Below are positions 47,286-58,824 of a DNA stretch of 64,000 nt, piece after piece. The notes beneath the pieces were generated by a model that ran no database searches, was not told where the DNA came from, and saw nothing but the letters and a program-made list of their open reading frames with translations. The position numbers and the translations under genes were made by a program. Within the stretch, counting starts at the first letter, position 1; each line of letters starts with the position of its first letter. Source of the stretch: Branchiostoma lanceolatum (lineage: Eukaryota). Location of the stretch: NCBI RefSeq assembly GCF_035083965.1, contig NC_089722.1, forward strand, positions 25,355,081 through 25,419,080, given 5' to 3'.

Positions 47286-47304
47286 GTTGGTCACTTGGTT
47301 GATT

Positions 47305-47345
47305 GACTGAAGAATTGATTGATTGATTGATTGATTGATTTTTTA
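47305..47345. repeat. (GATT)n microsatellite
   Basis: gattgattgattgattgattgatt is visible in the intron. Confidence 0.9.
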
Positions 47346-47435
47346 TATTGATTAAGTTGCATTCCGAGGACAGTTTAATTCATTTCAAGTATAAGACTTG
47401 TTCTGTAAGATTCTTAACTGCTATGTTGTCACCAG

Positions 47436-47564
47436 ACTGCGGACAAGGACTGTTCAGCTGCTTGGGAGCCAACGGCGTCATTTGTGTGGCCAACAGCTGG
47501 AAATGCGACCACATACTGGACTGCAAGGACTATAAGGATGAGTCTATTGCAGAGTGCGGCTCAA
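47436..47564 (+). CDS. serine protease exon 4 (LDLa module)
   Basis: Translation DCGQGLFSCLGANGVICVANSWKCDHILDCKDYKDESIAECGS: 6 Cys. Phase 1-1. Confidence 0.8.
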
Positions 47565-48412
47565 GTAAGTTCTAAAAAAAGCAGGAGAAAAAGAATGACA
47601 AGGACCCCGTCGGTCGATAAACTTGCCCCATATTTTAAGAGGGTGTCTAACAGGCAAGAAGAAGCCTTCTACACCGAGATGTCCTTAAGCCGGCGTCACA
47701 ATTCATGCGAGCGTCGGCCGACTTTGTAGATCGCCCGAAGCTCGGCGAATTTCAAAATCGCGCGAGCGTCGACCGTATTTTCCAATGAAAATCTCGGGTA
47801 ACGTCCGTCGAACACTAAAAACTAAAGATCCCCCATGAGATGGTACCATCACTTGGACATGGAAGAGGTCAGTATCGACTAACCTGGTAAAAGGCCAATA
47901 TTTGGATCAACTATGATTTCTAAAGATCGCCCGAAGCCCGCGTAATCGACAGGACGTCGGCCGTACTTCGGCCGAAAATGCAAATTTGAAGCTCGCCAAC
48001 ACGTCGGCCGAGGTGAATTTCTTATTTGTGACGGGGGCTTAAGGTATCCTAAGGTATATTTTGCCGTCGTGTAGGAAATAAAATCATTTGACGTATTGAA
48101 TTCGCAAGAACACAAACACGTAGTTTCATTCAAGCATGTATTCGGCATGCGAATGGTACCGCATATGAAACGCCGATATAAGTACAAAGAATATGCTCAG
48201 AGAATATGCCAGCTGTTCTCACTTGGACTAGAAAGGAGGATTGCAACAGACCTTGCGTGTGTCCAGGATCGGACTTTTCCACCATATCTTAGCTTAGCAG
48301 ACTTAGTCAAGAAAACGGCAGTTTAGGTCTGCCATGTATTTTCGCTTTCATTTCCCTTGACCCTTCCTCTTTTCAATGAATACCGATTAAGTGTCGTTCT
48401 TTGATCCTGCAG

Positions 48413-48544
48413 TTGAGTCTCGCTGCTGGGAGGGGGCGCTGGTGTGCGCGCATGGGCAGTTCTGCGTGTGGCAGGAGTGGCACTGTGACGGCTCAAATGA
48501 CTGCGGGGACGGTTCGGATGAGATCAACTGTGCAAAATCAGAAA
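48413..48544 (+). CDS. serine protease exon 5 (LDLa module)
   Basis: Translation (I)ESRCWEGALVCAHGQFCVWQEWHCDGSNDCGDGSDEINCAKSE: 6 Cys, DCGDGSDE. Donor |gtaggg (weak). Phase 1-1. Confidence 0.75.
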
Positions 48545-48710
48545 GTAGGGGTGAACAGCTTCGTGTTCTTGTGCTTTTTTCTATCTTTTGCTAGTCTGAG
48601 TAGATTTAGTCCGGTCGGTAAGATTGCGGCCATATGTATATTACCTGCGCAATCGGCGTCCTCGTCAAAATGGATTCATTTTTGTTGTGAACCCTTTCTT
48701 GTACACTCAG

Positions 48711-48971
48711 ACCAGAATTCCAACATCGTTATGGCGGCTTGGAACCCGACGTCTCCTGCCCCCACGACCACCACCACTGCTGCCACTACCACTACCACTA
48801 CCCCGGTCCCTGTTGGCGTCTGGGGCAGCTGGACAGACTGGTCGGCGTGCTCGGAGTTCTGCGACGGAGAAAAGACTCGTACAAGGATTTGTCTGACCGT
48901 TCAGCTGTGTGAGGGGCCGACTTCCGAGACTACCAACTGTGGAGACCCGCCACCGTGTTACACTGAGCCTA
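48711..48971 (+). CDS. serine protease exon 6 (Thr-rich mucin-like linker + thrombospondin type-1 repeat)
   Basis: Translation ..PTSPAPTTTTTAATTTTTTPVPVGVWGSWTDWSACSEFCDGEKTRTRICLTVQLCEGPTSETTNCGDPPPCYTEP (TSP1 core WxxWxxWSxCSxxCxxGxxxRxRxC). Phase 1-1. Confidence 0.75.
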
Positions 48972-49338
48972 GTGAGTGGAAACTTTACTCAGAGAACTCC
49001 ACGCCTGCATTATCGATACAGCTGCTTGCCTGTATGTGGATAGTATTCAGCACCAAGGACAGATGTGTTTGCCTGTGTGTTGATGGTGTTCAGCACCAAG
49101 GACAAATACATGTTACCCGTGTGTGAATGGTGTTCAGCACCGACGACAAGTCTGTTTGCCTGGGTACGGATGGTATATGAACATGTCTGTCTGAAAATTT
49201 TTTGAAAACTTTACACCCGCGTTATTGATGAAGTTGTTACGATTAAAGTTACATCACAGGTCTTCAACAGATACCTTCCTTTGAACAATTCCTAGTTATC
49301 GTCTGTCGATGCCATTCGTGTTGCCTTTCGTCCCGCAG

Positions 49339-49540
49339 TGACTGGTTGCGGTGCCCGGCAGGTGAACGCGTACGTCGGTTCGCATCGTATTATCGGGGGC
49401 AGCCCTGCCGTGACGGGTGCCTGGCCGTGGCTGGTGCAGCTGAAGAAGGAGAACACCAACACGCCGTACTGCGGGGCAGTGCTGATCGACAATCTGTGGG
49501 TCGCCACGGCCGCGCACTGTATCGTCGGCATGGGATTTCA
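49339..49540 (+). CDS. serine protease exon 7 (activation site HR|IIGG and catalytic His)
   Basis: Translation (M)TGCGARQVNAYVGSHRIIGGSPAVTGAWPWLVQLKKENTNTPYCGAVLIDNLWVATAAHCIVGMGF. Confidence 0.85.
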
Positions 49541-50154
49541 GTGAGTTCTGGCCCTGATGTCTTCTAACCCTTCGCTATTATTATTCTCCAAGCAAAGGTT
49601 TCAATCGGAGGGCTAGGAGTGTGGAGTTTTTTTAACGCTGACCTCCCTTGAAGGGCAGCGTTAAAAGTCCCGGACACTCCCAGCCCCCCGATAGAACCGC
49701 TGCTTGGAGAATACGCTTTTATGTTCCCAAGCAATTAACGTTATTAACGAGACTAAACTTTTCTTCCAACTCTATGAGAAGAAATTGGGACTTACCCCAA
49801 TTTTCGGTTGACTCCATCAACCCTGTTCACGGAATGCTAAGCAATTAACGTGTTTTTTCTAGCTGTGGTGAAGCCGTCACTGTCTCCATTTTTGGCCGCA
49901 AATTTGGTGCTCTCATATATTCCATCGGCCGACATTCACGATAAATGCGACTTGAAGCGCTAGGCCAATCGTGGTCGATATATTACTGCAACGGCCACGT
50001 GGAAACCAGTAAATCATCTCTGATTGGCTACTTCCTCCAAGCAATTCGTCTTTGATACTTTGGATGCCAATAACACATGACAACGCACATGATCAAACAT
50101 ACGCATCCATGAACTCGCACAAAGAGTTACATCTCATGTCCTCCTCCTCCCCAG

Positions 50155-50275
50155 TTTGTACCCGGACATGTTGAAACTGATGGTGGGGAAGCACTACCTC
50201 ACCGAGAACTCGTACGACCCTCACGAACAGGCGCGAAAAGCCTCCAGTATCATCATCCACTCCGGCTACAACCAG
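50155..50275 (+). CDS. serine protease exon 8
   Basis: Translation (H)LYPDMLKLMVGKHYLTENSYDPHEQARKASSIIIHSGYNQ, donor |gtgaag. Confidence 0.8.
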
Positions 50276-51046
50276 GTGAAGACGGACCGTTCTAATTTCT
50301 ACCTGTCTATACCGAGTCTAGTATTACCGACAGCAAATAAAGCGCCTCCATTCCAGATCTCCAGGACTATCATATTCAATCCGACTAGTTAAAAAGTTTA
50401 GTTAAAATCCTCCCACATCATTATTGATGTATAGGGCGGTGTCCATCTCCGTTTCATAGTCCTGGGCCACATTGTGGTGCAATCACTTTAGCAGGGGGCT
50501 GGTCCACTGGCAGTGAAGTGTGTTTAACTTCTATACTGTTTCAGAAGTATGTACCATTTTTATAAAGTCTTTGGTATGACTCAATGCGCCTCTTGTCCAG
50601 AGGTGTCCTACCTGGGCCTTGAACCTCAGTCCTTCTGGTCCAAGTAATTTGAACCACATGTGGTGAGAGACAGAAGCGTAGACCAGTACACCACAGGGAC
50701 CCCCCCCCCCCATTCCGACTAGACTGCTAACAAATTGTAGGCAAAGCGAAGGCATTAAGGTACGGCACGTCTGTCGAGTTAAGGATGACAATCGATGATC
50801 ATGACTCTTTGCTGATTCTTCAGCGCAGGCATTGAGTTGTAAAACTTGCTTCTCGTCATACAGTTCGATAATTTAAAAAAAAATCTCCAAGTAGATGTTG
50901 AAAAGGAAGAGAAATGGTACCCTCCTCCGAGAAAAACGTTACGATCTTTCCTCCTGATATCTGCTTGAAAATGACAACCCTACACATGTCCTTATAGCAC
51001 AGCAAATCTATATTCGTCCTCATGACCTTGCCGTATATCCCGACAG

Positions 51047-51197
51047 TACACTGTGAACAATGACATCGCCTTGGTGAAGATGGACCAACCCGTGGAGTAC
51101 GCCGAGGGCGGCATCAACTTGATCTGCCTTCCGGAGTCTGGCGAGGAGTTCAGCGAGCATTCTATCTGCTATACCGCCGGCTGGGGGCTGACCGAGG
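51047..51197 (+). CDS. serine protease exon 9 (catalytic Asp, DIALVKM)
   Basis: Translation YTVNNDIALVKMDQPVEYAEGGINLICLPESGEEFSEHSICYTAGWGLTE. Confidence 0.85.
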
Positions 51198-52370
51198 GTG
51201 AGACGATATCAAGCGTACTTTAAAGCTTAAGCATACGTAAAGATAGCGTTTATTCATGCTGTATGTATAAACGCTATATTTACGTATGCTTAAGGTATGC
51301 TTAAAGGTTGGATTTCTTGCAGTGATGTTTTCTATGTTTTCTTAGACAGAGAAATTGTCAATTTATCGTTCACTTTTGAAACAAGATTGGCAATATAAAA
51401 AGATGTTGCCATGGGGACGGTGGTCTCTGTTAACATTTTCGTTTTTAACCCACATGCAAATAAGGACCTCGCATAATTCGCATAAATCACATCAGTCGAT
51501 CACCTTCTCTACCAAAATAACACAGGTTGTCCAATGTATGAAAATCTTGTTTTCACAAAAAAAGATATCGTACCATTTCCTCATAAATTATGTTAATGAG
51601 GCCCTCTATCCAAGATTTGTGTCTAATAGTGGCTACATTTACTTAACTTCCAAATAGTGCAAAAACTGAATCCCCATCATTTACCACTATGGATTTATAG
51701 TATTTTGTCATTAATTATGCAAATTAAGTATCAATTTGCATAATTGATATCTATAGATATTTATCTCTTTCTCAGTTACATATGTCATGTGTTTGGGAGT
51801 CCTATAATAGAATGCAGCTGATTTATTGACTGTCCTCATTAATTATGCAAATCAGATATTGATTTGCATAATTGGCACATGATTATGTAAATCATCACTT
51901 AAGCTATCTACACACCAAAAATTATGATGATCCGTCATCCCCTTCTTGCGTTATTCTCTTTCAAAGTTTGAGTCAAAATCAGCTCCTGCAGTTCCAAAAA
52001 AAGCCGCTAGGGGGTCCAAATCTACAAGACATATTTTCCTAACAAAGAGCTATCCACCACTAAAAATCATGACTATAGCATGTTCAGAAGACGAGATTTG
52101 AAAAGGGAAAGTTCCCCTGCAGTACCATAGAAAGTTGATAGAGGGTCCAAAATCCAATCATTACAAGGTCTCCCATAGACCTACCCACCTACAAAATATG
52201 AAGACAATACATCCAGGCATTCTTGAGTTATCGTCCCATAGACTTTCACATTCCTGTACAATTCCTAAAATTCTTGCAATCTGCACACAATATAGTAACA
52301 ATTTGGCTCGCCCCTGAGGCGTCGCCAAAAAACATGCGTTAACTAAAGAAGCACGTGTTTTCCCCCACAG

Positions 52371-52516
52371 AGAAGGTACAGTCCCATGTGGTTCAGGAGG
52401 TCAAACTTCCCCTCGTGCCTCACGACACGTGTAACCAACCACAGTCGTACAACTCTTACGTCACCGACAAGATGCTTTGCGCGGGAAAAATGGCTGGAGG
52501 GGTGGACACATGCCAG
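52371..52516 (+). CDS. serine protease exon 10
   Basis: Translation (E)KVQSHVVQEVKLPLVPHDTCNQPQSYNSYVTDKMLCAGKMAGGVDTCQ. Confidence 0.85.
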
Positions 52517-53724
52517 GTAAGCAGTTTACTACAGATATCCGTCATTAAGGAAGTCTAAGAATACACGTAAATATGTCATCTGAAACTTTTTAAGGGTTGA
52601 CCGAAGCGTACTGTCAACTTTTCTATCAATCTTTTCGCCGTTTGTAGCGTTAGTAGCGCCACCATATCCTGTAAATGTGTATGTACTGGTGGTAACCCCA
52701 CATATTTTACAATGAAGCTAGCCTGAGTGTATCCTAGTTATTACCAGGACTCCCATATTCTCCCTTCACCAACCAAGGGAGACTACGGGAGTCTTGGAAC
52801 TAACTAGGATGACACTCCGACTACAATGAGGCGACCGTACCACCCTCAAAACACGTATGCCCCCGACCTTTAGGCGTCGCCAAAAGCCGCGTAAGGAAAA
52901 TTTGTTCCAATCAGATCGTCAACCATAAACACCACCTACCGGACAGCAGCATATCTGCACCACTCGCGCGCGGAAGAACTGAGGTTAGACAAACGTCTGC
53001 AGACCAGAACCACAGTAGTCAAAACATTCTGGCACGTGGTTAAGGAACTACCGAACCGAACCACTACATCAAAGCGTCCACATAATCCCCCGGCTTCGAC
53101 AGGGGACAAGTTTGTTTAATATTAGACAAGCACCGACCTGTATATCAAGCTAAAGTTTACGCAGTTTTGATGTCTCGATTTTCCGCAGCGGCGAAGAAAA
53201 TGAGTGTAGAGACGATGACAGAGTCTAAGTAGGGATCTGGTTAAATCACTTCCGCTCGGAAAACTGAGTTCAAACAGCGCGGACTTTAGACAGCTGTAAC
53301 CCAATGCAGGGTTGTATACTTAAAACTTAAACCTCGTGCCCTTCTCTATCTGAGTCTCGTACCCAGAGTTTGGCTTTCGGGTTTCTCGAACTGGAACCGA
53401 AGCCAGACGGATTTACACGAGACTAAACGATCGTTATTGGACGAATTAGGTACTCAGTGGGAGAAACAGCTAATGGGGGATTTTCGCAGGAACTGAGCGG
53501 CCGTGTCAAAACGATGTCAGGAAAGACAAGTCTTTTCTGTTTGTGTTATTTTAGATATCTTTCAACATGTTTAGGCTGTGCGGAAGTTGTTTTCAGTCGC
53601 ACTATTATTTTCATTGATTAACGACAACGCCAGAACAATTAGATGTTGATAAAACCAAGGAGCTTGTAACTTTGATAAAACGACTATAACCATTATTTCA
53701 ACTTTTTAAACGTCAACAGTGCTT

Positions 53725-53830
53725 AACTCCTCTCTTTCCCTCTCTCCCTCTCTCCAACCCCACCCCCCCCCCCCCTCCATCCGTTGCCACTGCCTTTCCT
53801 CTATCCCTCCCCTATTTCTCCGTTGTGTGT
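53725..53830. repeat. polypyrimidine (CT-rich, C-run) low-complexity tract
   Basis: ctctctttccctctctccctctctccaaccccacccccccccccctccatcc...; a mirror-repeat-like tract with H-DNA-forming potential. Confidence 0.8.
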
Positions 53831-55419
53831 TAACGATCTTGTACAGGGCATGATCATATCATAGGGCATTCTTAAATATCGCGCTGAATCCTGACGACGT
53901 TTTGGGTATGACCACGGCACTTTCTGTGTTGCAAGATGGGGATCCAAGTGTTGTTCCACTGGTCCAACTTTGGTCCACCTTTCCGGCATAGTTCCAGACA
54001 TTCCGCCGTCGTCAAACCAAATACTCATGTCTGGAAATTTTCCTTGTTGTTTCAGATTTGTAGAACGTAGAAAGTCTCATAGCCAACAAAAACTCGGCTC
54101 GGAAGTATGACAAGTTCAGACCATTTAGGGTGTAGCTTTTAATTTGATATTGAAGGAAAAAATACGGTAGGTACCCCCATCATTTCTATCTACCATCGCC
54201 AAACCTTCGATGTCTCTATGCTTAGCGCGGCTGCACATGTGCCCTTGTCTTGTTATGAGATGTCTACACGTCGTCCCTGCAGTTTAATATGCTTTGGACA
54301 TCTGCGGCTAAGAAAACAGAAACTTAAAACTCTTTCATGTCGCGGCTCCGTCCTTTTGGTGTTGCCGGACTGTTTGGACTGGAGACCGCGCACGAGATAA
54401 CCTTTGGCGTACAAAATCACCTGATAAGACTTACAAGTTACTGCATAGCTTACGTTGCTAGAACAACACACCTGCAGTTTTGTCACGTGGATTAACACAC
54501 AGCGGTATCGCATCGCCTGTGAAATGTGGCTGCCATTGTTTGCTACACAGATTATGAGAAACAACTAACGTCGGGTTGATAAAGAAATTTGACAGTTCCC
54601 AACACGCTGCTCTGTAAAATCATATCTCTCCCTCTCCCACGCTCCACCCAAGTTCAAAGTCAACCGCTTAACCCTGAGAAACATGAGTTTGCGCGGAATG
54701 AGATATGGGTGAAATAGCGGGAGGAGGCATGGCTTTGAACGTGGCATCTATGACCTGATGTAGGGGTGTTTTCATTAAAGCTGGTTATGTCGCGTGGCGG
54801 GAGTAAACCAGCCGTGACCCACACCACTCGTAACAATCAAGGAGTGGGCTGTCAGGGGTTGGTGTTTCTTGTCGACATTTTCTTTGTTCTGGAAACGTTT
54901 AAGGCGTATTTGAGCAATTTTGTGCCGTTGCCAAAAAGATAGTGATCTAAAGCCTATAAAGTTGCATTTAATACAGCAAGGACATCATAGATGTTATGTC
55001 CTTGCTGAACAGAATACAGGCAGAGACCCTTTGTTGCATGTGTTACTAAGTATACTTTGCCAAATAGAGAGAAAGTCATATTTATCTAATATTACCTGCA
55101 GGTGTATTTCTTTTATGCTTATATTTCCCGCGAACTTGATGGAAGAGATTAGACTTGACGTTTTAATTCTAAAAAGGTTCGTTAGAACGTGTCGTTTTGC
55201 ATTCCTTCTACAACGTTTGCAGGTGATGCTGTACAGAAGTTTGATTTCACGTTGCCCCAAAGTAGGCTGTATAACCCGAGGGTGCTTAGCATGCAGTCTC
55301 AGTGGCCTGTATAAAGAGGTCGGCCAGCCTGCTGACAGCAGCGGTCAAGTTCACGTTTGAGATTTGACAGAGTCGCGTTCAACAGTACATAGTCATAGCC
55401 GCGTGTTCAGCTGCAGTCG

Positions 55420-55520
55420 CTGTTATGCACGAACGACTAGATCAAGGTTATCCCATTGTAACAGTGATAGCGCCACCAATGGCGCAGGTTCGATTCCCGG
55501 GACCGACAGACTGTGTTGCT
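55420..55520 (+). mobile_element. tRNA-like SINE fragment (gcgcaggttcgattcccgggacc) in the 6.1-kb last intron of the protease gene
   Basis: T-arm-like GGTTCGATTCC motif with an acceptor-stem-like context. No complete tRNA can be folded. Confidence 0.35.
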
Positions 55521-56880
55521 CGCCTCTTTGTTACACCATTTTACACCATACCAAAGTTGTCGGTGGAGAGACGTTGACGATTGTTTTCCAAAGAAAAGTG
55601 AGGAAAATTCAAAAGGTTTGTACAAATGGCAAATAAAATCATATGGAGGGAAGGAAAGGAAAGTTTCCTGACTGACCCTGCTCCAGTTTTGGGAGATGGA
55701 ATAACCCGTAGCTTTTACAACATTCTTGTAATCCCCGTCCAACTGTAACAAATACGAGTGTTGTCTTAGTTCGCCCCTTTGCTTTTAATGAGATTACTGC
55801 CAGCTGACGACCTTGGCCGTGGTGTACAGTGGAGCATTTAGGTTGGCCACTGCGTGCCCGCGCTGCTGGAACCGTGTACAGTATTAGAAACAGTGGCGGT
55901 TTGGACATCACCGGTGTCAGAATTCGGGGAGAATCCATTCACTCTTTCGGATAGAAATGCGCAATATTTCCTGACAGGGAGAGAGGGTAGTGCGTTACGA
56001 TGGGCATGGACGAAGACTGACATCAAATTTGCAGATCAAAACATAGCCTACGCGATCCTAGCTACCTAAAGGGCATCAAGTATTGGCGAGAAATCGTGGG
56101 AAATACTTCCAATATTAGTAACAAAGTCCCGTTACTTCCTACACCTTCTAGACCTTTCCTGACCGGAAAGAGCTACAAAGTCAGCCGGAAAATGAGAACT
56201 AGTGCACGGAAACTTTGCTTTGAAGTCCTGTCGACCCACTACGTGATCTCTTGCTTCCTTGTTACCTTTCCTAAGCTGTCCATGACACGGGAGCAACAGA
56301 GGTGAAGCACCTGTTGACTTAATGGGAAGTAAGGGAGAGGTTAGACACATCACAAACTCAGACTCAAAGCTAGAACAGCCATTCTCTCATTTGTGATCTT
56401 TTCAATGAACAACTGCCAGAACTGAGTAATCATGAGACTTTCGCCTTGTCAAAGAAGATGGCTGTATTGAATATCACACTCTGGCAAACACAGGTGCGCT
56501 GCGACTTTGTATCTTGTCTAGTCCGCGAAATTGCAGAAGATCTGTTATGGACCGGCCAGGATAAGCAGGTGTCCATATCAAAGACACCCGGGCCGGGCCT
56601 AACAATTAACAGGAAATGGGCAAAGAGGTAACTTCAAAGAGAAAAGAAGTGACAGGTGTACAAGAAAAGACGCAGCAGAATTCTGCAAGTGTTTTAAGAC
56701 TTTATGCTAGTATAGCCTTGCCCTGGAAACATTTAAGTTACATCAAGTCTAACCATGTGCTAATCCACTAAGTCAATCCTATTTCGTCCTTATCTGTCTT
56801 GATTTGCGACGTTTTAGAGACGAACTGTCCAATGTCACATCCTGCCTCTTCACTGACTCTTCATCTGCTTAAGTCTGTGG

Positions 56881-57095
56881 ATTTCTGTCATTGATGTTGC
56901 ATAATTGTAGCTCAATTGGGAGCGGCTGCACATTTGAGCTCCTGGTTCCAAATACATGTAGTTGGTAACTGGGAGACCTCGGTTCGAATCCGGGGAAGGG
57001 CATCCAGTTGGAGCTGCATTCGTCTTTCGGAAGGGACGTAAAATTGGGTGTCTGTTATCGAGGAGGTGCCTCGAGTACGTTAAAAAAAGGCCTCA
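56881..57095 (+). mobile_element. tRNA-derived SINE copy, family A (+ orientation), in the protease last intron
   Basis: tRNA-like head gtagctcaattgg..ggttcgaatccgggg followed by the body ..ttggagctgcattcgtctttcggaagggacgtaaaa..gaggaggtgcctcgagtacg. Same family as 4040-4300 and 63190-63350 (reverse orientation) and 36270-36380. Confidence 0.5.
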
Positions 57096-58605
57096 TTACT
57101 CAGAAGGGTACGTTTTGCCTGTGAATATATAACGACCGCCGTCGTTCCTCGGACCCGCCGGGGATTATGGGATCTGTAGAGGTCAGCCGGGGTCATCCTG
57201 CGGGAAAAGGTGGGGGCGGCAGACCACGGTGGTTTTGTCTCGCCACAAGTCGCCGCACAAACAGTCTAGTTTTAGGGACAAGCTGTTATCACAAAACCCC
57301 ACTTCGCTTGTAAGCCTGTGTAAGGACGGCAGAAACAAAAATGTAATTTTCAGGCCAAGTGTTCAAAATAATAAATACAATCGGTGGGAGCTTATACTAT
57401 GTATGCCTGTCATCAACAATCGCAACAAAATCTTTTTTTTTAATTCACAAAACACAAGTCGAGAATCATCGTCTTATCAAGTTACTATTCTTCTTCTTCT
57501 ATTATATAGAGTTTCCAAACGTATGCCAAAGTCTCAGAGGATAAAGAAAAGTTTGTCTTCACGCATTGCGAGATCTTTTACCATCTACTCTCTCTTTCTC
57601 TCTCTCTTACTCCTATGTATGCTTACAAAACGTATTCGCACAGTGCCCACATCTAGCACTCAAAGACTTAAAGTAGACGTAAGTCGCTGATCTACAGTAG
57701 TAGTAATATGTTCTGTCTGAAGACCAACCGCGGCAGAGTTTGGATTCACAGTAATGTCCCCATCATGCATGAGCCGTTACACTTTGTTCGATGGTTTTTA
57801 CCATTCATTAACGTTCATCCCTCTCGATCAAGGTGCTTATCTTCAAAACAGGGTGGTCCTCTCGGGAGGGTATGGGAGGAGTTTTGGCGAAAGTCGAATC
57901 GGATGCTGATCAACCCGTTTTGATCTCCATGTATTTTTTAACTTTTTCGAACACTTCTTGATGTTGATAGGGCCAACGGTAACGCAATCGTGTCAAGTTC
58001 ACGGCGCCTGGTTGACTAGTTAAACTAGTAAACCTCTCGTTGTTTGCAATAGCAGGGATACCGCATGAGCCTCCTTCCTTGTCAGTTCCCGTAGGATTAC
58101 TGCTTACTCTGAGGAGTGCCCAGCCGACCGAAAAACAAGTTGCTTTGCAATCACTGATATTGGTTTTGGGAATCTTAGCCATTGTAAGAAGCAGCTTTAC
58201 TTGAAATAGACATACATATGTATATTCCATTGATACAGGTTATGATACAGTTATTAGACGAGTGCTATCACAAGTTTGCTATGAAGGACCCCCACATGGC
58301 TCCCCTGTTTTGAAGAGAAGACTTGACCCTTCAAAGTGGGGTCACAGAAAGTACAATGACCACGTTCACAGCGCTACAGAGGTGTTTATGGGAGATTGAG
58401 TCCATCTCAGATAATATTAGGATTGGACGTCTAAATCTTCTTCTAAAAATGTTTACACTCTGACTTTGGTTAACACTTTGAGTAGACTTCACAATTACAA
58501 TATACCGTTGTTAACATGACCTTTCAATGAGTTAACTATATATAACTATATGTCAATCATTTTATTGATAAATGTCATATCCCGGGTGATTTTTGCCAAG
58601 GGTAA

Positions 58606-58824
<219 letters not shown>

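Noticed and set aside
48401-49126. 241-aa continuous ORF that looks like a single prokaryote-style gene
   Set aside because: It actually runs through two real exons (LDLa exon 5 and the TSP1 exon 6) plus intron sequence that happens to stay open. The splice-site model with phase-1 exons is the better explanation.
55420-57010. GGTTCGATTCC / GGTTCGAATCC motifs as tRNA genes
   Set aside because: I could not draw complete cloverleaves (acceptor stem, anticodon arm) around any of them. They are followed by shared non-tRNA bodies, so I annotate them as tRNA-derived SINEs.
57229-57690. 153-aa + ORF in the protease last intron
   Set aside because: Built from microsatellite-like sequence (ttcttcttctt, ctctctctttctctctctctt) and A-runs; low-complexity, not coding.
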